From positions 86,404 through 150,403 of the forward strand of contig CALWRH010000004.1 of NCBI GenBank assembly GCA_944383895.1: DNA of 64,000 nt. Direction: 5' to 3'. The notes beneath the pieces were generated by a model. The model was not told the DNA's origin and did not search any database. It worked only from the letters and a program-made list of their open reading frames with translations. The position numbers and the translations under genes were made by a program. Positions 10,186 to 19,448 of the stretch are shown piece after piece (the stretch's first letter is position 1; each line of letters starts with the position of its first letter). This DNA is from an uncultured Christensenellaceae bacterium. Its GTDB lineage: Bacteria > Bacillota > Clostridia > Christensenellales > UBA3700.

Positions 10186-11934
10186 TCAGTCGAGCGGGTT
10201 GAATTCCTCGCCCTTGTTGATCGCGCCGCTGTAAAGCGCGATTCTGAGCGTTTTTGCGCCTTTGCCGTAATCGTACTTTACGGTGAGATCGAAATTCTCG
10301 TCCATAGATACGTCGAGTATCTTCGCGCGTTCGGAGTCAAAGACGTGTCTTAACGCTTTCATCTGCAGATCGTTGTATTCTGCCACATTGTCCGACGTGA
10401 ACAAAACGCTGCCGAAAAGCTTGTTTATCTCAGCAAGAGCGGTCTTTTGTCTGAAAGTCATATCGAGGTTTCCGTTTCTGAGAAGGAAAACGTCGGGGTC
10501 GTTGCCGAAAGCTCGTCCGTCGAGGTGACGGCGGAAAGCTGAGTTCGCTACCGCGTGAGATGTCGATACGCCCTCTCTGATGTCCATTGAGTTCTTGTGC
10601 CAGTTCAGAGAGATATCGGATCCTATGCGGCAGTAGTCGACCTTGCCGAAAGCGGGCATGAGCGGAACGCCGCAGCCGAGTATCAGCTTTTCGCCTACGC
10701 ACTCGCGCAGCAGATCCATAGCGTCGTACATTATTTTTGCGCGGCAGTTGCCGTGATAAGGCAAAAATGCCGCCGAATACAAAAAGTCGAGTTTTACGAG
10801 GTCGAATCCCCACTCGTTCAGCACTACGTCAAACACTTTTTTCAGGTGCTCGCGCACTTCTTCGTTGTATATGTCGAGCGCGTAGAAACCGCCCCAATTC
10901 AGACCGGCTTTAGCGGGTTTGCCGTTCTTGCCTTTTATCAGCCAGTCTTTGTGTTGTCTGAAGACTTCGCTTGCAGGAGTAACGGCAAACGGTGCAAGCC
11001 ACAGACCTGCGAGCATTCCTTTGGAGTGTATAGAATCAGCAACGGATTTCAATCCGCTGTCCGTTTCGAGGGCAGAAGACTTGGCGTCGGACGGATTTTT
11101 CTCTTCAGTAAAGTTATTGAAGAAATCTTTTTTGAGTTCGAGCCAATCGCCTACTGCGCGCTGATAGCCGTCGTCTATCTGGAACACGTCCGTTTCGCAA
11201 CCGCATTCGTTAAGGGCATTGAGATCGCGTTCTATTATAGAAGAATCGATGTCCGCATAATAGTTGTACCAGGTCGTGTAGCCTTTTCTGAGAGGGCAGG
11301 GACGGCATTTGATGCCCATTGCTTTGAAATATCTGTCGAACACGTCGTCGTATCCGCCGCTGAGGACGGTTATTTTTGCAAGGACGTTATCTCCCTCGGC
11401 AAGTTTTCTTCCTTCGAGATCCACGCTTATATAGATCTTATTTTCTGCGGTGTCGAAGTCGAATATCGTATATCCCGTGCTGTCGTCGAGAGAGCCGAAC
11501 AGGGTTATGCTTTCGCCGACTCTGACGTATCCGTATGAAAAGCCGTAGAATCTTCCTTGTCTGAAAGACGGTTTATAGATAGAGTAGTCGCCCGAACAGG
11601 AGAACCCTGACTTTGCCGCTATACCCGAGTATGCGATTTTTTTCATTATCGGGGCGGGAGTATACTGTTTTGCGTTGCGCGGATATTCCATTGTGTCAGT
11701 CCAGGACTGATATCCGTTTACGAAGACGCGGCAGTTTTTGTCATAGCTGTAATCGGCAGTTAACTGAAAGGATGTGAATTCGGTCGGTTCAGAACATTTC
11801 GCAATAATAGTCATTGCGTCGCCTTTGCAGTCGAAATCGAGTTTCACTTTGTCCGAAGACGAAGAGTATTTTGCGTTGATTTTCCCAAGCAGCGGGGTAG
11901 AGATGCCGTTGAGTACGACAGGTTTTTTGTGCAT
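10186..11934 (-). CDS. Alpha-galactosidase-like glycoside hydrolase (GH36)
   Basis: Motifs TTWYNYY, FQIDDGYQ, GLWLAPF, LVKLDFLY, CRIGSD, NDPDVFLLR. Confidence 0.88.
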   Translation of the reverse strand: MHKKPVVLNGISTPLLGKINAKYSSSSDKVKLDFDCKGDAMTIIAKCSEPTEFTSFQLTADYSYDKNCRVFVNGYQSWTDTMEYPRNAKQYTPAPIMKKIAYSGIAAKSGFSCSGDYSIYKPSFRQGRFYGFSYGYVRVGESITLFGSLDDSTGYTIFDFDTAENKIYISVDLEGRKLAEGDNVLAKITVLSGGYDDVFDRYFKAMGIKCRPCPLRKGYTTWYNYYADIDSSIIERDLNALNECGCETDVFQIDDGYQRAVGDWLELKKDFFNNFTEEKNPSDAKSSALETDSGLKSVADSIHSKGMLAGLWLAPFAVTPASEVFRQHKDWLIKGKNGKPAKAGLNWGGFYALDIYNEEVREHLKKVFDVVLNEWGFDLVKLDFLYSAAFLPYHGNCRAKIMYDAMDLLRECVGEKLILGCGVPLMPAFGKVDYCRIGSDISLNWHKNSMDIREGVSTSHAVANSAFRRHLDGRAFGNDPDVFLLRNGNLDMTFRQKTALAEINKLFGSVLFTSDNVAEYNDLQMKALRHVFDSERAKILDVSMDENFDLTVKYDYGKGAKTLRIALYSGAINKGEEFNPLD

Positions 11935-12114
11935 AGATCCAACTCCTTATTATTGTGAGCATTATCAAAATGAATTTTGGCAAAAAGTCATTGATAGTAA
12001 TACCGTATAAACGCTTATGTGGTATATTACCAAACATTTCAGCATTGCCAAAGAGCAAATAATATGCTAATATAATAATAGCACAAATTAAAAATTTGTA
12101 AATAGGGAAAATTT

Positions 12115-12969
12115 ATGACGAGCAGAAAGACTTACGACAGCGACAGCGCAATAGATTTATGGCGATTTCACGACGAAAACGAACCCTTTAACGTAAACAT
12201 GATAGGCTTTACGGATTGTACGCTCAATAAAAACGCAAAATACCGCATAGAGAGGACGGATTCGAGTGTAGCCGCCATAGAGTATATCAGAGAAGGCAGC
12301 GGTATATTTGAGATAAACGGCAAGAAATATCGCCCGTGCAAGGGCAGTGTGATGATATTGACGAGAGGCAGCGATCACGTTTATTATCCCGATGAAAAAG
12401 ATATGTGGAAAAAGGATTGGGTTATCGTTGACGGACCTTTCGCCGACGCGCTTTTGAACAGCTATCTGCCCGAAGGAGAATATTGTCTCGACAATTGCGA
12501 TATTTCCCTGTTTTTCGAGCGACTGCGCAAACTTGCCGGAGAAACGCCGTTCAATTATACGGGATTTGTGGACAATGCGGTATTTCTGTTCTGCGACGCG
12601 TTGCAGACTATAAAAAACATGAGCAGAAAAAAATGCAACCGTATCGCGCTTGCGGTAAAAACGGCATTGGATTCCAACGTCGAAGGTTGCATAACGATAG
12701 AAGAGATCGCCGCGTCGTTGCATTATTCCCCCAACTATGTCATACGACAGTTCAAGGATCAGTACGGATGCACGCCGTATAAATACTATCTTGACAGAAA
12801 GCTGAAACTTGCGAGACTTTATCTCAGGAATACGGAGCTCAGCGTTACCGAGATTGCCGAAAGACTGTGTTTTGCAGATCAGCATTATTTTTCCAACGTA
12901 TTCAGACAGAACAGCGGTATGTGCGCAAGCGACTACCGCAGACAGTACGCTCCTTGCTCGGACGATTAA
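12115..12969 (+). CDS. AraC-family transcriptional regulator
   Basis: N-terminal cupin-like region and C-terminal double HTH (SVTEIAERLCFADQHYFSNVFR); divergent from the GH36 gene. Confidence 0.92.
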   Translation: MTSRKTYDSDSAIDLWRFHDENEPFNVNMIGFTDCTLNKNAKYRIERTDSSVAAIEYIREGSGIFEINGKKYRPCKGSVMILTRGSDHVYYPDEKDMWKKDWVIVDGPFADALLNSYLPEGEYCLDNCDISLFFERLRKLAGETPFNYTGFVDNAVFLFCDALQTIKNMSRKKCNRIALAVKTALDSNVEGCITIEEIAASLHYSPNYVIRQFKDQYGCTPYKYYLDRKLKLARLYLRNTELSVTEIAERLCFADQHYFSNVFRQNSGMCASDYRRQYAPCSDD

Positions 12970-13018
12970 AGAGAATCAAAAGAAAAGAGTATAAATTGAG
13001 ATTACGCCGTGCCGCTGT

Positions 13019-14290
13019 TTATGCGGTGCGGTTTTTATTTTGATCGGGCTTGTCCATCGCGCCGATAGCGAAAAGACATAAGAGAAGTACGAGAGGGAAA
13101 AACATGCCGGCGAGTATTCCGCCTCTGAGGCCGACCTGTTCTGCAGACAAACCTGTCGTCGCAGATATTTCGGCGACGAAAGAAGAGCCGCTTATCGCGT
13201 CGGCAACAAGACCTGCGATTCCGGGACCTGCTGCACAGCCGAGATCTCCGAAGAGGGCGCAAAGCCCGAACATCGCCGTGCCTCCGTAAGGGAAACGCGC
13301 GCTCGTATTGCTTATCGTGCCCGGCCACAGCATGCTGACTGTAAGACCAGTGAATCCGCACGCGAGAAGAGAAATTATAGGCTCGGGGACAAATATCATA
13401 AGGACATAACAGATTATGCAACCGACTGTCAGCAGCTTGAGTACGCGCAACAGGTTTAGCTTTGATCCGAACAGTCCGAAGACGAGTCTGCCTGTGCCCA
13501 TAAGTGCCGCAAACAGACACGGACCCAATAAATCTCCGAGAAATTTAGATACGCCGAGACCTTTTTCCGCAAACAGGGAAGACCATTGAGATACTGTCAG
13601 TTCGCTTGCTCCCGCGCAAGTCATCACTATAAGAGCGAGCAAAAAGCGCTTGTCTTTCAGCAGGTGAATAAGCGGAGTGCGCTTTTCTTCGGGTATCGTA
13701 TCGACCACGGGCACGAAGAGGAACCATATAATGTTTCCTACGGGCACTACCGCCCAGACGAACGGCAGGACGTACCACAGAGAAGAATCGAATATTTTTA
13801 TAAACAGAGTAGAAAGCAGCACGACGACCGTCTGTCCCCAGCAGTAGAAGGAGTGGAGCAGAGCCATAGTGCTTTTCTTTTCGCCGAGAGGCAGGAGCTC
13901 TGTAAGAGGACTTATCACGACTTCAATAAGTCCGCCGCCTATCGCGAAAACGATCGTGGCGATCATAAGCGCAGCAAAGGTGTTCGACCATACCATAGGC
14001 AGAAGACCGAGAAGTATGAGACCGACGGACGAAGTTGCCATAGCGGCGATAACGACGGCGCGGAAGCCGAATTTATCCGTAAGTTTTCCCGCAAAGGCGT
14101 CTACACACAGCTGCGTCAGGAAATTCACGAGTATGACCACGCTGAGCATGGAAAGATCCAGCCCGAATTCGTCCTGGAAAACGACGAACAGAAGCGGAGC
14201 GAGATTGTTGTTTATTGCCTGTACGACAAATCCCGTCATACAGCCGCACAGCGTGTGTTTATAGTTGAGAGCGGATTTCATCTGTATCAT
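13019..14290 (-). CDS. MFS transporter (sugar permease-like)
   Basis: About 12 hydrophobic helices, GKLTDKFGFR motif A; start placed at the internal Met (MIQMK), uncertain. Confidence 0.88.
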   Translation of the reverse strand: MIQMKSALNYKHTLCGCMTGFVVQAINNNLAPLLFVVFQDEFGLDLSMLSVVILVNFLTQLCVDAFAGKLTDKFGFRAVVIAAMATSSVGLILLGLLPMVWSNTFAALMIATIVFAIGGGLIEVVISPLTELLPLGEKKSTMALLHSFYCWGQTVVVLLSTLFIKIFDSSLWYVLPFVWAVVPVGNIIWFLFVPVVDTIPEEKRTPLIHLLKDKRFLLALIVMTCAGASELTVSQWSSLFAEKGLGVSKFLGDLLGPCLFAALMGTGRLVFGLFGSKLNLLRVLKLLTVGCIICYVLMIFVPEPIISLLACGFTGLTVSMLWPGTISNTSARFPYGGTAMFGLCALFGDLGCAAGPGIAGLVADAISGSSFVAEISATTGLSAEQVGLRGGILAGMFFPLVLLLCLFAIGAMDKPDQNKNRTA

Positions 14291-14408
14291 TATATGAAAG
14301 CGGCGGATAAAACGCAAGCGCATCGACGCGTTAAAAAATAAATGTGCGAAAAACAGCGTTGACTTTGGCGCGGATATGCCGTAAAATTGTAGTCAGTGAG
14401 GTGAGATC

Positions 14409-15440
14409 ATGCAAAACAGACTGACAAAAGGCAGACTTCTCGACGATGAAGGCAGACTGCTGCAGGCAGGATATTCGACCGTGATGTCCAGAAGATACGA
14501 CCGCAAAAACATCGCGGCGAGCAAATGGCGCATAAAAGAGTGGGATTATTACATAATTTCTGACGGCAGGAAGAGCATTGCGTTTACGATTTCGGACATA
14601 GGTTATCTGGGACTTATGAGCGTCAGCGTGATCGATCTTGAAGAACCCGCTTGCCGTACAAGCTCTAAGATAACGCTCTTTCCTTTCGGCAAATACGATT
14701 TTCCGAAAACATACGAAGACGGGGACGTTAAATTCAAATCCAAGGCGCTGAAACTGTATTTCAGAAACGACAAAGGAGAGCGCGAGATAGAGTGCGAATA
14801 CAAGAAGTGGGACGGACAAAACACTTTGAAAGCAAAGATAAAGCTCACCCGTCCGCCGCGCGACGCAATGGTGATAGCTACGCCTTTCAAAGAAGACGAA
14901 CGCGCTTTTTATTACAATGCAAAGCTCAACTGCATGACGGCGCAGGGATATTACGAGATCGGCGGTCAAAGATACGAGTTCGATCCTCAGGTTGCGCTCG
15001 GCACCCTCGATTGGGGCAGAGGTGTCTGGACTTATAAAAACGTCTGGTATTGGGGCAGTATGCAATGGAGGCTCAAAAACGGACACACGATAGGTTTCAA
15101 CCTCGGGTACGGTTTCGGGGATACGTCGCAGGCGAGCGAGAACATGTTTTTTACGGACGGCATCGCGCACAAGCTTGGCAAAGTCACTTTCGATATACCG
15201 CAGAGAGACGGCAAGGACGATTTTATGAAAGAGTGGGCGATCAGGGACGACGAAGACAGGCTGTTCATGCGTTTCAAGCCCATAATAGACAGATGCGACA
15301 GAGTGAACGCTCTTCTGGTGTCAACCAACCAGCATCAGGTATTCGGAGAGTTTGACGGGTACGTCAGGTTGGATGACGGCACGCTTATCGAGTTTTCCGC
15401 ATGCAGAGGTTTTGCAGAGAAAGTAGTCAATAAGTGGTAA
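14409..15440 (+). CDS. DUF2804-family protein
   Basis: GAGGTG RBS; RIKEWDYY, LDWGRGVW, GFNLGYGFGD, QHQVFG, GFAEKVVNKW motifs. Confidence 0.8.
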   Translation: MQNRLTKGRLLDDEGRLLQAGYSTVMSRRYDRKNIAASKWRIKEWDYYIISDGRKSIAFTISDIGYLGLMSVSVIDLEEPACRTSSKITLFPFGKYDFPKTYEDGDVKFKSKALKLYFRNDKGEREIECEYKKWDGQNTLKAKIKLTRPPRDAMVIATPFKEDERAFYYNAKLNCMTAQGYYEIGGQRYEFDPQVALGTLDWGRGVWTYKNVWYWGSMQWRLKNGHTIGFNLGYGFGDTSQASENMFFTDGIAHKLGKVTFDIPQRDGKDDFMKEWAIRDDEDRLFMRFKPIIDRCDRVNALLVSTNQHQVFGEFDGYVRLDDGTLIEFSACRGFAEKVVNKW

Positions 15441-15473
15441 AATAAAATTGCAGTTAATCAACACGGGCAAAGA

Positions 15474-15509
15474 AAAACGAAGAGCACGCGCTCTTCGTTT
15501 GACTTTTTT
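15474..15509. terminator. Bidirectional intrinsic terminator
   Basis: AAACGAAGAGC-ACGC-GCTCTTCGTTT hairpin between convergent genes. Confidence 0.7.
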
Positions 15510-15530
15510 GGCTATCTTTTGTATATCATA

Positions 15531-15677
15531 TTAAAGATCGTCCGCGTCCTGACACGGAACGTCGTCGTTGCCGAGTCCCGTATAGCTGCCCAGCGGATCG
15601 AAACGGTCGTCTGCCGTGTTGTAAGCATCGACAGCCTTGTTTTTGTCTGCGCGTTCAGTGCGTTTGCGTGTAGCCAT
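15531..15677 (-). CDS. Small conserved-type clostridial protein (48 aa, DPLGSYTG...QDADDL)
   Basis: GGAGGT RBS before ATG 15677; C-terminus DPLGSYTG...VPCQDADDL resembles small proteins recalled from Clostridia. Confidence 0.7.
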   Translation of the reverse strand: MATRKRTERADKNKAVDAYNTADDRFDPLGSYTGLGNDDVPCQDADDL

Positions 15678-15825
15678 ATAATTACCTCCGGTATTGCCGA
15701 ACGAGCGGCGTTTTGTCTTATTATACGCAAGTAAAATCATTGTAAACATTTGCCGAGGCAAACCCGATAGTATAGACATCGGGGCGGTGCTGTGCTATAC
15801 TTTAGTCAAACTAACGGGGTGAAAC

Positions 15826-16326
15826 ATGAAAGGAAAAAAGTTGCTGAAAAGATGTATAACCTCTTTCAATATGTACTTTTTCGCAAAGGCAGTCGTCTGC
15901 TGCAGCAGATATGACGAGGACTTCAAAAAGTACGTCGGCATGCTGCCGGAAAGATTCGTGTTCAGATTCAGGATCCTGCCGGACGGAGCGTCCATGACGC
16001 TTGTAAAGAACAACGATCGCCTTAGCGCGTCTACGGGCAAAGAACTTCTTCACAAGCCCGACGTAGACGTCTGTTTCAAAAACGTAGAAGGCGGTTTCGC
16101 TTTCTTTTCGGGCAGGAAATCTTTTGCCAAGTGTTTCGCGCAATCCGCTTTCGTCATATACGGTGACGTATCGGGCATGATGACGGTTTCGCATATGTTC
16201 GATATAGTAGGATCTTATATACTCACCAAGAGGATGCTCAGAAAATACGACAGGGCATTGTTGCCTCGAGACGCGGGAGTACACAAAGTGCGTTTCTTGA
16301 CTTTGTTCGGGAGGTTCGGACAATGA
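15826..16326 (+). CDS. Hypothetical protein, possibly SCP2/sterol-carrier-like fold
   Basis: Overlaps the start of the next gene (ATGA); first gene of the Fe-ADH operon; fold call is tentative. Confidence 0.55.
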   Translation: MKGKKLLKRCITSFNMYFFAKAVVCCSRYDEDFKKYVGMLPERFVFRFRILPDGASMTLVKNNDRLSASTGKELLHKPDVDVCFKNVEGGFAFFSGRKSFAKCFAQSAFVIYGDVSGMMTVSHMFDIVGSYILTKRMLRKYDRALLPRDAGVHKVRFLTLFGRFGQ

Positions 16327-17507
16327 AAAACAGCGGTTTTTATTATGAGTTTTACAATCCCTCCAAAACGGTCTGCGGAGTGAATTGCCTTGCAGGGGCG
16401 GTAGAACGTCTGCCTCGCCTCGGTCTGCACAACGCGTTTTTCGTCTGTGACGACATAGACAAGAGCACTGCAGTGGATGAGGTCCGCAAAGCGGTAAACG
16501 CAGTAAAAATAAAGACGGGGGCAATGTACGTCATTTCCGAAAAAGCGGTCTGTCTGGACAGCTTAAGGGAAATGCGCAACGTTTACAGGGTAAACAACTG
16601 CGATTGCATAATAGCGTGCGGCGATTATAAAGTTATAAATACGGCTAAGACGCTCAGGTTATTGTTGTCTGCTCAGGTGGCGCGTTTCGAGGATGTGAAA
16701 GGCATCAATGCCGCGAGAAAAAAAACGGATATACCGCTTGTCGTAATACCGACCAGCGTAGGTATAAGCAACGTAATGACCAGCAGCGTGTCGGTAAAGG
16801 ACGATAAAGGTCAGACGTTTGAGTGTTTGTCGCCGCTTGCAGCGCCCGATTATTGTATCGTGGATCCGACTCTGACGTCGGTGTTCGACGCTCCTACCAC
16901 TATCGCGGGGGCGCTCGAATCTTTTGCGAAAAACGTTGAAGAATTCGTCAGCAAACAGGCAGTTACTCTTACCAAGTGCATGAACCTTATCGCTATAAGA
17001 GAGATAAGGGATAACGTTTTCAAAGTCGTAAACGATCCTATGGACGTGCACGCTGTACTCGGCTTGCAACGGGCAGGATTACTTGCGGGCATTTGCTATT
17101 CAAATGCGTCGGCAGGAATCACGCATGCGTTGGCGGGAGCGCTTTCTATCGTGTCGGGTGCTGAAAATTACGTTTGCACAGGCATTGTTTTCGCTGCATG
17201 CATGCGTTACAATCTCGACGTTGCCGAACGCGATTACGCACAGGCTTTGTACTATATCGTAGGCGACGACAAGTACGCCGCAACGCCTGCCGAAGACAGG
17301 GCGCGCACTCTTATCGAAACCGCGGAAAGACTTATAAAAGAACTGTTTGAAGAAAACGGTCTGCCTATGAGCCTTACGCAAATTAATGTTAAAGAAGAGG
17401 ATCTGGACAGGATTGTTGAAGAAACGATGAAGTCTTATACGCTTGTCACAAATCCGAAAAACGTCAAAAAAGAAGACGTGTATGCGATTTTAAGGAGCGT
17501 GATGTGA
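16323..17507 (+). CDS. Iron-containing alcohol dehydrogenase-like protein (degenerate motifs)
   Basis: CDCIIACGDYKVINTAK, PLVVIPT, PDYCIVDPTLT, GITHALAGAL, TNPK; canonical GGGS is absent. Confidence 0.8.
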   Translation: MKNSGFYYEFYNPSKTVCGVNCLAGAVERLPRLGLHNAFFVCDDIDKSTAVDEVRKAVNAVKIKTGAMYVISEKAVCLDSLREMRNVYRVNNCDCIIACGDYKVINTAKTLRLLLSAQVARFEDVKGINAARKKTDIPLVVIPTSVGISNVMTSSVSVKDDKGQTFECLSPLAAPDYCIVDPTLTSVFDAPTTIAGALESFAKNVEEFVSKQAVTLTKCMNLIAIREIRDNVFKVVNDPMDVHAVLGLQRAGLLAGICYSNASAGITHALAGALSIVSGAENYVCTGIVFAACMRYNLDVAERDYAQALYYIVGDDKYAATPAEDRARTLIETAERLIKELFEENGLPMSLTQINVKEEDLDRIVEETMKSYTLVTNPKNVKKEDVYAILRSVM

Positions 17508-17508
17508 T

Positions 17509-18690
17509 ATGAGTACGTTCAGTTTTTTCAACGATACAAAGATACTTTGCGGAGATCATGCTCTCGACAATCTGCCTTTCGAGCTCAGAGAGAGGGATTG
17601 CACGCGTCCGCTGTTTATTTCTGACGAAAGGTCTTACAGGCTCGGCTTTGCAAAAGAAGTAAAACGCGCCATGGACAACGATATCATAGATTTCGGCGCG
17701 ACTTATTTCAAGCTCGCAGAAAAAGCGTCGCCGTCAGAGTGCGACGACATAATAAATCTGTACAAGGCTCACGACTGCGACGGCATTATCGCCCTCGGAG
17801 GAGAAAACGTGACGCAGTGCGCCAAAGTTGCAAAACTCATGCTGCTGCAAGGTGTCGGAGATTTTGTCTATTTCAACCATAAAGCGGATATGGACGCAGA
17901 TAAGGCGACTTATTCCGACGTGCCTTTGTTTATATTGCCCACGGATATCCCTTGCGGTATAGAGGCAACCGACAGAGCAATGATCTACGACGAGAAGAAC
18001 AACGTATTTTACAATTTCAACAGCGTTCTTTCAAGAGCGAGCGCAGTTATTCTCGACGTAAGACTTACGGATATAATGCCTGCAAAGGCTATGGCTACCG
18101 CAGGACTCGGAGCTCTGGCAATGGGCGTTAAAGGATTTGTCGACAATTCTGACAATCCTATCGCGCTTGCTTACGCAACGGGAGCTATACACACGCTCAT
18201 CAACGAGCTGCTGCCTGCTATGAGACACAATTCAAACTCCGATTACAGAATAAGCATATACTCATCGATAATAAACGCCGGGGTAGCGTATTACGCTGTA
18301 AAAGAAAGCCTTATGAGAGATATGACCAACGAGCTTTCAATAAAGACTTCGCTGTCTGCGTTGCAGATACTCTCTATCCTTTTCCCTGTTTACTATAAAG
18401 AAAAAGTCGGCAAGGACAGAGTTTTCAAAAGCGTGCTCATGCCGCTCGTAGGAGAGGAACAGTATGCGCTCTCCAACGCTAAGTCAAGAGAAATAATAGC
18501 TCAGGACGTGCTCAGGGAGTTCTGGCAGAAAGTCGTTTCGCTCGCGGAAATACCGTCTTCGTTGCATGAGATAGGCGTCGAGCAGTCTGATTTCGTAAAA
18601 TTGGCAGATGCAGTAATAACCCGTTACAAGGGAAACGATCCTCACAATAATTTCACGACGATAGTCAAGCTTCTCGAGGAGGTATTTTGA
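17509..18690 (+). CDS. Second Fe-ADH-like protein (more degenerate)
   Basis: KILCGDHALDNL, CDGIIALGGENVTQCAK, PLFILPT, GIEAT, IPSSLHEIGV; conserved His ligands not evident. Confidence 0.75.
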   Translation: MSTFSFFNDTKILCGDHALDNLPFELRERDCTRPLFISDERSYRLGFAKEVKRAMDNDIIDFGATYFKLAEKASPSECDDIINLYKAHDCDGIIALGGENVTQCAKVAKLMLLQGVGDFVYFNHKADMDADKATYSDVPLFILPTDIPCGIEATDRAMIYDEKNNVFYNFNSVLSRASAVILDVRLTDIMPAKAMATAGLGALAMGVKGFVDNSDNPIALAYATGAIHTLINELLPAMRHNSNSDYRISIYSSIINAGVAYYAVKESLMRDMTNELSIKTSLSALQILSILFPVYYKEKVGKDRVFKSVLMPLVGEEQYALSNAKSREIIAQDVLREFWQKVVSLAEIPSSLHEIGVEQSDFVKLADAVITRYKGNDPHNNFTTIVKLLEEVF

Positions 18691-19289
18691 AAGATTATAT
18701 AATGCGCGCCGACGCTGTAAAGGAACAGCTTAAGAGCGAAGGCAGGCGCAAAAGCATGCTTCTGCACAGTTGCTGCGGTCCTTGCAGTACCTCATGCATA
18801 GAATACCTTTCAGAAGTTTTCGACGTTACGGTATTGTTTTACAATCCGAACATTGCGCCGGAAGACGAATATGCGCTGCGCGCAGCAGAGCAGCAGAGAT
18901 ATATACGCGACTTTACAAAAGGAGTCGGATGCATTGTCTGCGATTATAAACCCGAGGTGTTTTACGAGGCGGTAAAAGGACTCGAGAGTTGTCCCGAGGG
19001 AGGAGACAGGTGCAAAGTGTGTTTTGACATAAGACTCGACTTCTGTGCAAAAAAAGCGAAAGAACTCGGGTTCGATTATTTTTGCACCACGTTGACGGTC
19101 AGCCCTCACAAAAACGCAGAACTCATAAATCTTATCGGTCAGCAAAAGGCAGAAAAATACGGCATAGAATTTTTTCCTTCGGATTTCAAAAAGCACGACG
19201 GGTATCTGAAATCGGTAAAACTTGCAAAAGAGGCGGGACTTTACAGACAAAATTATTGCGGGTGCGCTTTTTCGCTGCGCAAAGATTGA
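18687..19289 (+). CDS. queH: Epoxyqueuosine reductase QueH
   Basis: LLHSCCGPCS, FYNPNI, RCKVCF, TTLTVSPHKN, LYRQNYCGC motifs. Confidence 0.93.
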   Translation: MKDYIMRADAVKEQLKSEGRRKSMLLHSCCGPCSTSCIEYLSEVFDVTVLFYNPNIAPEDEYALRAAEQQRYIRDFTKGVGCIVCDYKPEVFYEAVKGLESCPEGGDRCKVCFDIRLDFCAKKAKELGFDYFCTTLTVSPHKNAELINLIGQQKAEKYGIEFFPSDFKKHDGYLKSVKLAKEAGLYRQNYCGCAFSLRKD

Positions 19290-19448
19290 TCGTTTTAACT
19301 ATATCTCTTGTTCCTATAAATTTTTTCTTTTCTGCTTTAATTTAATATAAATTATTAAAATTGCATAAAATATTGTCGACAAAAAACGAATTTTGTTTTA
19401 CAATGTAGTTAACGTGGCTGAGTGGCACGTCAACGTTCGGAGGTTAGT

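Noticed and set aside
10597-11538. Long antisense ORFs (also 6388-7359, 26959-28149, 37122-38030, 61615-62370)
   Set aside because: They lie opposite well-supported genes and have no motifs; typical shadow ORFs
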